Part shown: positions 48,252-61,653 of the stretch, piece after piece
Layout of the letters: the number at the start of each line of letters is the position of its first letter
How positions within the stretch are numbered: the first letter of the stretch is position 1
Assembly: GCA_031409275.1 (NCBI GenBank)
Contig: JANNXA010000037.1
Location: forward strand, 46,290-110,289
Reading direction: 5' to 3'
From: Planctomycetota bacterium
GTDB taxonomy: Bacteria; Planctomycetota; B15-G4; SIAN01
DNA length: 64,000 nucleotides
Translations under genes and position numbers: made by a program
The notes under the pieces: generated by a model
What the model was told of the DNA's origin: nothing
What the model saw: the letters and a program-made list of their open reading frames with translations, nothing else
Databases searched by the model: none

Positions 48252-49943
48252 ATGCCCACTCCGCGTTCGTCCCGTCCGGTCCGTCGGGGATCGACTCGTT
48301 CGACGTCGGCCAAGAAGCCGGCGAACGGTCCGCTGCTGCTCGCCGTGGGGGGCGGAGTGGTGCTGCTGATCCTCGTGTTCATGTTGATGAACAACGGCAA
48401 GGATGAGCCCGCGGACGGCGGATCGACCGCGAGCCAGGGCGCGGCGAGTGGAACGAATGGCGCCAACGCTGCGGCGGTGCCGCCCGTCGTCGCGCCGCCT
48501 CCAGTCGCCGAAGCGCCGCCCGCGCCGAAGGAGCCGCCGCTCCCCAGCGCGGCGACGCTGAAGAAGAAGAGCAAGACCGCGGCCAACGCGACCGAGGCGG
48601 CGACGTTGGCGCGCGATGGCGATCGGCTGAAGGACGCGAAGCTCGCGGAGGAGTTGTGGACGCGCGTCTTCGAGCTCGACGCCGACCACCCCGAAGCGCG
48701 CACGAAGCTCGACGTTCGCCAGCTCCGTCCGGGCGAGGACCTGCCGGGATTCAGCGCGCTAGCGGCGACGCCGCAGCAGATCCACCTGCAGCGCTTCCGC
48801 GACGCCGCTCGCGCGGACCTTCCACGCTCCGCGCGCGCAGTGCTGATCGCCGACTGGGAGGTCGCCCGCAAGGAGCTCGACGCCCGCGCCGCGAAGGCGA
48901 AGAGCGAGCCCTACTACGGTCTCGTCGATGCCTTGCGACTCGAACTGCAGGAGAAGCCCTTCTTCAAGGAGCTGCAGTACGAGATGGTCGAGAGCAAGCC
49001 ACCCTACGCGCTCTTCGTCGAGGTGGCGGGAACGCCGGAAGAGCGCGCCTCGCGCAAGAAGGCGGTCGAGGATGGCTACTCGCCCTACCTCGAGGCGTAC
49101 GACCAGAAGATTCGCGAGTACCTCGTGCCGCTGGCGCCGAAGCCACCGGACCAGGCGCTCTTCTTCCCCGTCTTCGTCTTCCTGAACGAGCAGCGCTACC
49201 GCGACTACCAGATGGCCGATCGCGGCGACCCCGGCAGCCCGGGCATGCGCGCCCACTACGAGCCGTGGAAGAAGCAGAGCTTCACCTGGTCGACGGTGAT
49301 CAAGCCGGGGCTTGGCGCCTTCGAGTCGGGCATCCAGACGCTCATGCACGAGCTGACCCACGCGTGGGTCGATCAGCTGGCGTCGGGCGACGGCGGTGAG
49401 TCGCGCGCGATCGGCGTGCTGGCGACCCACTGGTTCAGCGAAGGCATCGCCGAGTACATGTCGTTCCACTTCCGCGAGTTCGACAAGTCGATCCGCTTCC
49501 AGCCTTGGCGCTCCGGGCGCCTCGGCGAGACGGGCCGATCCGCGAACTACCGCATCGGCCTGGCGCGCGCGCTCGGCTTGCGGCTCCACGGGCTCGATGC
49601 GGTCGCGATCACGATGGTCGGCGCGCTCGACGGCGCGAACAAGCAGGCGGCCATCACCACGATCTCGAGCGGCTTCTACGCCGACATGAGCAACTTCATC
49701 CTCTGGCTCAACTTCCCGGCGCCCAACGGTGCCGGGCTCGCCGCAGGATTCGAGGCCTACGCGCGCGCGGAGATGGCAGGCGAAGGCGGCGAGGCGGCCT
49801 TCAAGCGTTGCCTGCCGGGGCTGCTCGAGCAGCGCGCCGAACTCGACGCCAAGGTCGACGAGTTCGTGCTCAAGATCGCGAGCGGCAAGATCAATCCCTA
49901 CAAAGAGATGAGTGCCGCCGGCAAGAAGGCCGGTGGTCCATGA
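48252..49943 (+). CDS. Membrane-anchored gluzincin-like (DUF1570/peptidase MA-like) protein
   Basis: N-terminal TM and Pro-rich linker; LMHELTHAW followed by WFSEGIAEY. Confidence 0.72.
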   Translation: MPTPRSSRPVRRGSTRSTSAKKPANGPLLLAVGGGVVLLILVFMLMNNGKDEPADGGSTASQGAASGTNGANAAAVPPVVAPPPVAEAPPAPKEPPLPSAATLKKKSKTAANATEAATLARDGDRLKDAKLAEELWTRVFELDADHPEARTKLDVRQLRPGEDLPGFSALAATPQQIHLQRFRDAARADLPRSARAVLIADWEVARKELDARAAKAKSEPYYGLVDALRLELQEKPFFKELQYEMVESKPPYALFVEVAGTPEERASRKKAVEDGYSPYLEAYDQKIREYLVPLAPKPPDQALFFPVFVFLNEQRYRDYQMADRGDPGSPGMRAHYEPWKKQSFTWSTVIKPGLGAFESGIQTLMHELTHAWVDQLASGDGGESRAIGVLATHWFSEGIAEYMSFHFREFDKSIRFQPWRSGRLGETGRSANYRIGLARALGLRLHGLDAVAITMVGALDGANKQAAITTISSGFYADMSNFILWLNFPAPNGAGLAAGFEAYARAEMAGEGGEAAFKRCLPGLLEQRAELDAKVDEFVLKIASGKINPYKEMSAAGKKAGGP

Positions 49944-52009
49944 GGAACTCCATGCGACGCAACGCCCGTCCTCTTCCGCTCGTGGTCGCGAGCGCGATCC
50001 TTGCCGCTTGCCATGCCTCCGACGGAGACGTCTCGAACGTGCCTACTCCTGGCTCCGCTTCCAGCTCCGGCCTCGTGCTCGCGGACCTCGACCTGAGCGC
50101 CGACCCGGCGCGCAACTTCTATCGCTACGCGAATGGCGGCTGGCTCGACCGCAATCCGGTGCCAGCCGACGAGTCGCAGTGGGGCGTCTTCAACGAGGTC
50201 GAGCAGCGCAACCTCGCGGTGCTGAAGCAACTGCTCGAAGAGGCGGCGGCGAAGCCTTCCGACGAGCTGCATCGCAAGCTCGGCGACTTCTTCGCCACGG
50301 GCATGGATCAGGCGGCGATCGATGCGCAGGGCGTCGCGCCGCTGTCGGAGATGCTGGCGGCGATCGACGGGCTAGACGACCTGTCGGCATTGCCGCGCCT
50401 GCTCGCGCGACTCCACTCGATCGGCGCTTCGGCGCTGTTTGGCATCGGCTCCGGTCCCGACCTCGCCGACGCCTCGATGAACGTGCTGTGGGTCGCGCAG
50501 GATGGCATGGCACTGCCCGAGCGCGACTACTACCGTCGCGACGACGCCGGCTCCGTGGCGTTGCGCGAGCAGTACCTCGCTCACATCGAGCGGATGGTGG
50601 CCGGCCTCGGCACGCAGGCCGAGCAGGCCAAGGCGGACGCGGCGACGATCCTCGCGATCGAGACCGAGCTCGCGGCGACGGCGTACGGCGCGCTCGACTT
50701 CCGCGATCCGCAGAAGCTGCTGAACAAGGTCGACTTCGCGGCGCTGCAGAACCAGACGCCGCACTTCGATTGGGGCGAGTACCTCGACGCGCTCGAACTC
50801 GACGGCAGCGTGACCATCAACCTGATCGCGCCGGCCTACTTCGCCGCGCTCGACGCCTTGCTGGTCAAGCGGCCGCTCACCGAATGGAAGAGCTACCTGC
50901 GCTGGCAGCTGGTCCACGCGCAGGCTGAGTACCTCAGTCGCGCGTTCGACGAAGAGCACTTCGCCTTCTTCGGCCGGGCGCTCGGCGGGGCGCAGGAGCA
51001 GCGCCCGCGCTGGAAGCGCGTGATCGATGCCATTGGCTCGTCGATGGGCGAGGGGCTCGGACAGGCGTTCGTCGGCAAGACCTTCAGTCCGCGCGCGAAG
51101 GAGCGCTGCCAGAAGATGGTCGACGACCTCCTCGTCGCCTTCCGCGCGCGCCTGCAGAAGGTGGCGTGGATGGGAGAGGAGACGCGCCAGAAGGCGCTGA
51201 CCAAGCTCGCCGCGTTCAAGACGAAGATCGGCTACCCCGACACGTGGCGCGATTGGTCCGGCCTCGCGATCGCACGCGACTCCTACGCCGCGAACCGACA
51301 GCGCGCCGCGCTCTTCGAGAAGAAGCGCGACCTCGGCAAGGTCGGCAAGCCGGTCGACAAGGCGGAGTTCGGCATGCCGGCCTACCTCGTCAACGCCGGC
51401 TACAACCCGACCAACAACGACATCACCTTCCCGGCCGGCATCCTGCAGCCGCCGTTCTTCAGCGAGAGCTACGACGACGCGCTGAACTACGGGGCGATGG
51501 GCGCCGTGATCGGCCACGAGATCACCCACGGCTTCGACGACCAGGGCAGCCAGTTCGATCCGACCGGAAACCTCTCGAACTGGTGGACGCCGACCGATCG
51601 CGCCGAGTTCGAGCGGCGTGCGCAGGTCGTCGTGGAGCAGTACGACGGCTACGTCGCGCTCGAAGAGTTGCACGTGAACGGCAAGCTCACGCTGGGCGAG
51701 AACCTCGCCGACCTCGGCGGCGTGACGATCGCCTACGACGCGCTGCAGCGTGCGCAGGCCGGCCAGCCGCGCGTGGCCATCGACGGCTTCACCCCCGAGC
51801 AGCGCTTCTTCCTGGCGTGGGCGCGGGCGTGGCGTTCGAACGAGACGCCGGCTCAGCAGCGCCTGCAGGTGAACACGAATCCCCATTCCCCGGCGCGCTT
51901 CCGGGTGGTCGGCCCGCTCTCGAACGTGGACGAGTTCGCCGCCGCTTTCGGCCTGCCCTCGGATGCGCCGATCATGCGTCCACCGGAGCAGCGCGCGCGA
52001 GTCTGGTGA
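49940..52009 (+). CDS. pepO: M13 family metallo-endopeptidase (PepO/neprilysin-like), lipoprotein
   Basis: NFYRYANGGW, KIGYPD, VNAGY, FPAGILQPPFF, GHEITHGFDDQG, GENLADLGG and HSP..RV; lipobox ILAAC. Confidence 0.93.
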   Translation: MRNSMRRNARPLPLVVASAILAACHASDGDVSNVPTPGSASSSGLVLADLDLSADPARNFYRYANGGWLDRNPVPADESQWGVFNEVEQRNLAVLKQLLEEAAAKPSDELHRKLGDFFATGMDQAAIDAQGVAPLSEMLAAIDGLDDLSALPRLLARLHSIGASALFGIGSGPDLADASMNVLWVAQDGMALPERDYYRRDDAGSVALREQYLAHIERMVAGLGTQAEQAKADAATILAIETELAATAYGALDFRDPQKLLNKVDFAALQNQTPHFDWGEYLDALELDGSVTINLIAPAYFAALDALLVKRPLTEWKSYLRWQLVHAQAEYLSRAFDEEHFAFFGRALGGAQEQRPRWKRVIDAIGSSMGEGLGQAFVGKTFSPRAKERCQKMVDDLLVAFRARLQKVAWMGEETRQKALTKLAAFKTKIGYPDTWRDWSGLAIARDSYAANRQRAALFEKKRDLGKVGKPVDKAEFGMPAYLVNAGYNPTNNDITFPAGILQPPFFSESYDDALNYGAMGAVIGHEITHGFDDQGSQFDPTGNLSNWWTPTDRAEFERRAQVVVEQYDGYVALEELHVNGKLTLGENLADLGGVTIAYDALQRAQAGQPRVAIDGFTPEQRFFLAWARAWRSNETPAQQRLQVNTNPHSPARFRVVGPLSNVDEFAAAFGLPSDAPIMRPPEQRARVW

Positions 52010-52022
52010 TCGCGCGCGCCGC

Positions 52023-53283
52023 TCAGTGGCCGACGCGGTAGCGCTGCAGGCGCGTTTCGAAGTCGATCGCCTTCGCCTGTTGCCCGGGCGCGAGCTTCTC
52101 GATCGCCTACCTGCACCGCCAGCGCCTCGTCGACGCGGCCGACGCGGAAGAGGCTCAGCGCCAGCGTGTCGAGCGCTTGCGCGTCGCCGCGCTCGCCGAG
52201 GGCGACCGCCGCCGCGGCCAGGAGGTGTCCGAACTCGTATCGAGCGGGCACCTGCTCCTCTTTCTTCACGATCTCCCACGCCGCCTCGGTCAGCGGTCCC
52301 GCAAGCCTGGTCGCGAGGCCGTGCTGCGGCGTGACGAGCGCTTCGGTGAACCGCTCGATCGACGTACCCGTCGCTCCCCATTCGAGCAGCAGCTCGAGCG
52401 CTGCTTCCGCCGCGTCGGCCTCGGCCAGCACGCTCACGAGCGTTTCGACCATCGGTGGCCGCAGTCGCGACGGCAGGCCGCGGCTGGCACCGATGAGATC
52501 GACCCGCGAATTGACCGTGGGTGTCGCCGCCGCGCGATCGAGCGCTGCGACGAGCCGCGCTTCGAACGGTGCATCGGCGGCCGCGTCGCTCGCGGCGACG
52601 ACCTGGACGGCGCATTCAAGCTCGTGCACGCGCTGCCAGCGCGACTCGACCACTCCCGCTTTCGCCAGCGCGTGCGCCAGCGACCAGCGCCGCTGCCACT
52701 CCGCGTCGCCGCGCACGAGTTCGTGGTCTTCCTCCGATTCGCCCAGATCCTCGAGGATCTCAAGCGCCGCGGACGCGAACGGATTGAACTCGTCGCCGCC
52801 AGCGCATCGTTCCAGCGTGGCCGGCGGCTGACGGGAGGCGAGCGCGGTACGCAGCGCGTCGCCGTCGCCGAGCCGCAGATCCCACTTGATCAGGAGCCCA
52901 AGCGCCGGCTCGAGTCGCGATCGATCGGAAAGCTGCGCGACGATCGTCGGCGCGAGATACCCGCGCACCGATGCCGGCACCTCTTCGAGGCCGCTGATCG
53001 TGATGTCGCGCACCGCGTCCGACCGGTCGCCAAGCAGGGATCGCAGCTCTTCGCGGGCGCGGATCTCATGCGGCGCGAATGCGACCAGAGCGTCGACTCG
53101 CGTGATGCAGGCGGCGCCGAACTCCTCCGAATCAGCTTTCGCCGCGGTCTGCGCACCCGCGGACTCGATCCAGAAATCGAGTGGCTGGCCGCGGTAGCGC
53201 GCGGCTCCGTCATCCGCGGTTTCGCTGGCGCAGCCGGACCCGATCAGCGTCGCGGCGATCGTCCAACGTGTGACTCGGTTCAT
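52023..53283 (-). CDS. Hypothetical lipoprotein with HEAT/TPR-like helices; probable frameshift near 52107-52110
   Basis: Lipobox IGSGC; TPR-like LDTLA..LFRVG.VDEALAVQ. The alternative frame continues AIEKLAP...FETRLQRYRVGH to a stop at 52023. Confidence 0.6.
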
Positions 53284-53411
53284 TTCCGGTGCTCCCGTTT
53301 CCCGCTCTCCATGCGCATTCGCGCCAGGAGAACGGCAATCGGAACCTCGCGTCACCGCGCCCAGATCGCCGCGCACTCCGCCCCTCACCGCCCCTCACCG
53401 CCCTTCGTCGC

Positions 53412-53539
53412 CGCGCGCTGGGTACCCCCAGCCGCGCGCTCCACCGCCTTACCGCCTTCGTCGCGTGCTGCGTACCCGCAGCCACGCGCCCGCACCCCCG
53501 CTCCGTTTTCGCCGAGCGCTGCGTACCCGCAGCCGCTCG
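53412..53539. repeat. Three REP-like hairpins with a TACC loop and bulged C, about 50-bp period
   Basis: Loops at 53423, 53473 and 53524; 11-bp stems with compensatory substitutions. Confidence 0.85.
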
Positions 53540-53560
53540 CTCACCACCTCACCCCCGGTT

Positions 53561-53685
53561 CAGCTGCGTTCGGCGCGTTCGCGCCGAATGTCAGCTGCAA
53601 CGCTCGAGAGGCGAGCTGCGCACCGCGCAGTCTCCGCCGGCGCGGTGATGAGCTGCATTCGGCGCACAGCGCCGAATGTCAGCTC
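53561..53685. repeat. Two copies of a second hairpin family, SAGCTGCRTTCGGCGC...GCGCCGAATGTCAGCTS
   Basis: Copies at 53561-53597 and 53650-53685 share the same bulged T, differ in the loop and have a compensatory terminal pair. Confidence 0.8.
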
Positions 53686-53687
53686 CA

Positions 53688-55532
53688 TCACAAAATGTCG
53701 AACACCTCCTGCAACGGTCGCAGCAGGGTCGTGAAGTTCGCATCGATCAAGTACGGCGCGTTCCACGGCAGCTCGCTCTTCTCCGCCACGAGCCCAAGCG
53801 CGACCACCGCGAAGGCGCGCCGGAACTCCGGCAGCGACTGCTTCTGCGCCAGCTCGAGCAACGGTTCGACCGCGGCGCGTCCGCCAAGCAGGCCGAGCGC
53901 CTTCGCGAACGCCGCCGCCTGTGGGAGGTCCTCGGCCGTCGCCATCCGCGTGAGCAGCTCCGCCTCGAAGCCGCGATCCTGAAGCAGGCCCAGCGCCCGC
54001 GCGCAGTCGATGCGCACGGAGGGGTGCAGCGAGCGATCGCCCAGCCGCTCGCGCAGCGTCGGGATCGCGCTGCGCTCGCCGGCGAGCGCGCAGGCCAACG
54101 CGAGGTGGCCCTGCTCGATGGGGTTCTGCGTCGATTCGAGGGCGCTCTTCAGCATCGGCCCCGCGTCTGGCTCGCCCATCAGCCCGAGCGCCAGCGCGAA
54201 GGCGCCACGCAAGGACGGGTCGCGCGCGCCGTCGAGCTCCTCGATGAGCTTGGCGCCGATCAGTTGCGTCAGCGCCGAGACTTTGCCGTCCTTGGAGGTC
54301 GCGCGATCGCCGCGTCCGATGATCCCCAGCGCAAGCGCCGCGTAGGCGCGATTGGTGCGCCGCTCCGGATCGCGAACCTCCGCGAGCAGGTGCTCCTGGA
54401 CGCGGCGGCGCAGCAGCGCGGCCGCCTCGTTGGGAGCCCCGCAGCGTTCGTAGACGCGGCCGAGCGCGAGCAAGGCGAGGTGGCGCGTCACCGAATCGGT
54501 GTGGCTTTGCGAGGCGGTGAGCAGCGCTTCGATCGTCTCGCTCTCGTCCGGTTCTGCCAGCGTGCCGAGCGCGATGGCGAGCGAGCGCGCGACCTCGTCG
54601 CAGGTCTCCTTGGTCGCGAGCAGTCGCACCACCGTGCCGAGCAGCGCGCGACCGCCCGGCAGCCGCTGCAGCGCGATCGGCACCTGGGCGCGCACGTCGC
54701 GATCGAGGGATTCGTCGTCGAGCATGCGGGCGAGCTCGGCCAGCGCGAACGGGGCGTGGCTCTGGTGAAGGCCGATGGCGAGGATGCAGGCGGCGGCGAT
54801 CTCGCGGCTCGTGCCGGCCGTTCGTGCTTCGCGCGACAGGAGTTCGAGGTTCTCGCGTTGGTCGGTGAGCCCGAGCGCGAGCGCCGCGAGGCCCCGCAGC
54901 AGGTCGTCGATCGGGCCGGTCGCTCCGCAGCTGCGCCGTCCTTCACCGCTGTCGGCGAGGATCTCGCGCAGAAGGGCCGCGGCTTCCGGGCCGCCGAGAA
55001 TCCCGAGCCCGAGGACCGCCGCCTGGCGCGGCGTCCGTTCCGCGTGGGCGAGCGTCTTCTGCAGCGGCGCCAGGAACGGTCCCGCGACGGCGGTACTCAC
55101 GCTGCGACCGATCGCGATCGCGGCGGCGTCGACCACTTCCGTCGATTCGTCGCGTAGCGCCGACACCAGGAACGGCAGGAGCCGGTTGCGCGACTCGCCG
55201 GAAAGCAGCGGCGAGTCGTTCTGCGACGGCGTGTCGCCGCGGCCCGTCAGGTAGCCAGGGATCGACGTCTGCGTGGCCAGTCGGCCGGCCGCGTGGCGCG
55301 GCAGGTACATCTCGCGCTGGAAGTACCACCACGCCTCCCAACGATCGAGGTTCGGAGCGGAGCGGCGTGCGCCGACGCCGGCGGTCGCGGGACCGCGCCC
55401 TCCCGTCGTGGGCGCCCCGGCGCTGCCCGGGTTGGTGACGCCGTCGCTTGGCGGCCGCCAGACGGCGCCGTGGGGCAACGCGGTCGAAGCCAGGGCGCAC
55501 GAGAAGATGAGTCCGAGCAAAGGGCGCAACAT
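53688..55532 (-). CDS. Exported HEAT-repeat protein
   Basis: Signal peptide followed by HGAVWRPP; WEAWW motif; many AA.ALG repeats; C-terminus LPWN.PYL.DANF. Confidence 0.82.
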   Translation of the reverse strand: MLRPLLGLIFSCALASTALPHGAVWRPPSDGVTNPGSAGAPTTGGRGPATAGVGARRSAPNLDRWEAWWYFQREMYLPRHAAGRLATQTSIPGYLTGRGDTPSQNDSPLLSGESRNRLLPFLVSALRDESTEVVDAAAIAIGRSVSTAVAGPFLAPLQKTLAHAERTPRQAAVLGLGILGGPEAAALLREILADSGEGRRSCGATGPIDDLLRGLAALALGLTDQRENLELLSREARTAGTSREIAAACILAIGLHQSHAPFALAELARMLDDESLDRDVRAQVPIALQRLPGGRALLGTVVRLLATKETCDEVARSLAIALGTLAEPDESETIEALLTASQSHTDSVTRHLALLALGRVYERCGAPNEAAALLRRRVQEHLLAEVRDPERRTNRAYAALALGIIGRGDRATSKDGKVSALTQLIGAKLIEELDGARDPSLRGAFALALGLMGEPDAGPMLKSALESTQNPIEQGHLALACALAGERSAIPTLRERLGDRSLHPSVRIDCARALGLLQDRGFEAELLTRMATAEDLPQAAAFAKALGLLGGRAAVEPLLELAQKQSLPEFRRAFAVVALGLVAEKSELPWNAPYLIDANFTTLLRPLQEVFDIL

Positions 55533-55653
55533 GGGCGGCTCCGGTCGAGGCGGCCCATTCTTGCGAGCAACCGCGGGACCGTGCCGGAGTTCTCAATCCG
55601 ATCACCCCGACGGTGGGCGGCCCCGCTCAGCTCTCGGCCGCGCCGCGGCGCTC

Positions 55654-57735
55654 TCAGAGGAGTTCGAGGATCGCGTCGAGGGGGCGCAACGGCAGCGTGA
55701 AGTTGGCGTCGACCAGATAGGGGACGTTCCAGGGCAGCTCGGACCGCTCGGCGAGCAGGCCGATGGCCACCACGGCGAAGCCGCGCTGGATCTCCGGCAG
55801 CTCGCGATCCTCGACCATCGCGCGCAGCGCCGGAGCGGCGTCGCTTCCGCCGACGAGGCCGAGCGCCCTCACGTAGGCGCTGGCCGACCACGAGTCAGGC
55901 GCGGCGGCCAGGAGGTCGAGGAGCTGGCCTTCGAAATCGCGATCGTCGAGGAGCGCCAGTCCACGCGCGACGTCGATGCGAGTCGTCGGCAAGAGGGCGG
56001 AATCCTCGAGGAGGTCGCGCAGCGGGGCGACCGCGTCGCGCGCACCGACCATGCCGAGCGCGACGGCGAGCTGACCGAGCAGCGCCGGATCGCGCGTTTC
56101 GGCGAGCCGCGCGGAGAGCACGGGACCAGCAGAGTCCGATCGCAAGAGACCGAGCGCCAGCGCCAGCGCCCCTTGCAGGGAGGGATCGCGCGCCGTCTCG
56201 AACGTCTCGATCAGCTTGCGCGAGCTCAGAGCGACTCGCGCGCGCGCCGCCGGCGACGTGGCTTCGCCACGGCCGAACAGCCCGACCGCGAGCGCCGCGA
56301 AGGGCTGCTGCATCTTGCGTTCGGGGTGCAGCACCTGCTCCAGCAGGAACGTGTGGACGGGCTGTCGCTGCGCCGAATCGTCTCCTTCGGCACGGGCGCC
56401 ACGCTCGCCGATGCGGCCGAGGGCGATGAGCGCAAACTCGCGGGTCGAGGCGTCGGCGTGACGCCGCGCGACGTCCATCAGCACGCGCGCCGCTTCGCCG
56501 TCGTCGAGCGTCGCGAGCTGACCCATCGAGAGCGCAATGGAGCGCGCCACTTCATCGGGCGTCTGCTTGTCGGTGAGCGCGGCGAGGAGCTTCGGCAGCA
56601 TCCCGCGCGAAGCGGCGGTCGGCAGGCGTGCCATCGCGATCGGCACTTGCGCGCGCACCATGCGATCGAGACCGCGTTCGTCGAGCAGCCGCGACAGCGT
56701 CACGATCGCTGCCGGCGCCGCCTCACGCTGCAGTCCCATCGCCACGACCGCCGTCGCGGCGAGTTCACGCGAGGCGGTGGCGCTCGTCGCCAAAGTGACG
56801 ATGGGAGAGAGCGCGTCCTGCGTTCCAGCGAGGCCGAGTCCGAGCGTCGCGAAGCCGCGCAGCAGGTCATCGATGGGGCCGGTGGCTCCGCAGCGGCGGC
56901 GACCTTCGGGCGCGTCGAGCGCGATCTCTCGCAGCGCAGCGACCGTCTCCGGACCTCCGACGAGTCCAAGACCGAGGATCGCCGCTTCCTGCGGGCTGCG
57001 TTCGGGATGGGCGAGGTTCTTCATGAGATGCGGCAGCAGCGGGGCCGCGTCGGCGCGCGGCAGCGAGCGGCCGAGTGCGATGGCTGCCGAGTCGGCAACC
57101 TCGACGGAGGAGTCGCGCAACGCCTGCGCAAGGAGCGGGAGCAGGCTCTTGCGCACCTCGTCACTGAGGAGCGATTGCGTCGGTGCCGGGCCGCTGCGAC
57201 CGGCGGCAAACGTGGGCTGCGGCGTCGCCGGCAGCGCGTTCGTACGGTGGCGGCCGAGATAGAGCTCGCACGTGTGGCCCCACCAGGTCTCCCAGCGCTC
57301 GCTGGCTTGAGGCGTGCGCCGCGAGGCGCCGCCCGCTCCGCCGGTGCGGCCGGCGACAGCGGAGGGGCCGGCCGCCGGCGGACCGGAGGGTGCCGTCGGC
57401 CCGGTGACGGGACCGCTGACAGGACCGGGGAGTCGAGGAGTGGTGGGGGCCGACGGCGGCGTCGAGTCGGGCGAGGAAGGAGTGGTGGGCGTCGCGGGCG
57501 GTTCGGCGGGGGTCGTTGGCGGCGAGGTCGGATCGGTCGGGGGCGGCGTCTCCGCGGGCCGATCCTTCGTCTTGCCGGGGTTCTTCGGTCGCGTCGGCTT
57601 CCCGGGGTTGCCCGGTCCGCGGGTCGTTCCGCCGCCCATCGGGCCGCGCATGATTCCGCCGTGGCTGAACGCCTCGGGCGCCGTGATCCCCGCGGCGAAC
57701 CCGAGCAAGACGATCAGGGTGAAAGCACGGCGCAT
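55654..57735 (-). CDS. Exported HEAT-repeat protein (paralogue) with a Pro/Thr-rich linker
   Basis: GGAGGAG upstream; signal peptide followed by HGGIMRGP; WETWW; collinear similarity to the downstream gene. Confidence 0.82.
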   Translation of the reverse strand: MRRAFTLIVLLGFAAGITAPEAFSHGGIMRGPMGGGTTRGPGNPGKPTRPKNPGKTKDRPAETPPPTDPTSPPTTPAEPPATPTTPSSPDSTPPSAPTTPRLPGPVSGPVTGPTAPSGPPAAGPSAVAGRTGGAGGASRRTPQASERWETWWGHTCELYLGRHRTNALPATPQPTFAAGRSGPAPTQSLLSDEVRKSLLPLLAQALRDSSVEVADSAAIALGRSLPRADAAPLLPHLMKNLAHPERSPQEAAILGLGLVGGPETVAALREIALDAPEGRRRCGATGPIDDLLRGFATLGLGLAGTQDALSPIVTLATSATASRELAATAVVAMGLQREAAPAAIVTLSRLLDERGLDRMVRAQVPIAMARLPTAASRGMLPKLLAALTDKQTPDEVARSIALSMGQLATLDDGEAARVLMDVARRHADASTREFALIALGRIGERGARAEGDDSAQRQPVHTFLLEQVLHPERKMQQPFAALAVGLFGRGEATSPAARARVALSSRKLIETFETARDPSLQGALALALGLLRSDSAGPVLSARLAETRDPALLGQLAVALGMVGARDAVAPLRDLLEDSALLPTTRIDVARGLALLDDRDFEGQLLDLLAAAPDSWSASAYVRALGLVGGSDAAPALRAMVEDRELPEIQRGFAVVAIGLLAERSELPWNVPYLVDANFTLPLRPLDAILELL

Positions 57736-57868
57736 TCGACTCTCCTCCGGACGCCCGGCGATCTGGCGGCGGCAAAGCGCCCTCCAGATAGCCGCTCGAC
57801 GGGAGAGCGGTAGTGCGGCGGACGTCACAAAATCGTGGCGTTCGCCCGGGTCTGCCCCGGAGCCGCGC

Positions 57869-58195
57869 TCAGCCCATCGAGTTGGATCGGACGAATCGGC
57901 ACGCGCGCCGTAGCCACGGCAGCGCCTGATTCAGGTCACGGGCGGTCTCGAGCGGCAGCTCGACCATGTCGGTGGCGTCTTCGCCCTTCTTGCCGACGTA
58001 GGCGCGCGAGTCGCGGACCTTCAGGGCGTCTTCGCGCTGGCGCGGGTGGAGCTTGACCACGACGCCCGTCTTGGTGAGGAAGGAAAAGAGCGAGCCCTGG
58101 ATGGTGAAGCTCGTCCGGCTCGGCGTGCGCTGGGCTTCGACCCCTTTCCAGCGGAGAAGCGTGTCCTCGAGCAGAGCGGCGACTTCAGATGCCAT
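57869..58195 (-). CDS. Small TfoX-N/YjbR-like protein
   Basis: 108 aa with the pattern GV......F...G.LF.F.....VVKL...W...A..FV. Confidence 0.5.
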   Translation of the reverse strand: MASEVAALLEDTLLRWKGVEAQRTPSRTSFTIQGSLFSFLTKTGVVVKLHPRQREDALKVRDSRAYVGKKGEDATDMVELPLETARDLNQALPWLRRACRFVRSNSMG

Positions 58196-58310
58196 CGTGA
58201 TTCCTGCAACAGAGTAGGGAGCGGACCGATCACCGGGCGCTGATCGCCACGAAGGGCGGCATGGTAACGAAACACGCACGCCGACGGAAGTCGCCGGGCG
58301 TGCGCCTCGG

Positions 58311-61583
<3,273 letters not shown>

Positions 61584-61653
61584 GCGGTGCTTTCCTCGAC
61601 GGGCGCGTCAGGGGCGTACAAAATTTCGCGGACGATAGCGTGCCGCGCGTCGC

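Noticed and set aside
53380..53690. CRISPR array or tRNA
   Set aside because: The repeats differ by paired substitutions, the linkers are only about 23 nt and low-complexity, and there is no cloverleaf or T-loop motif.
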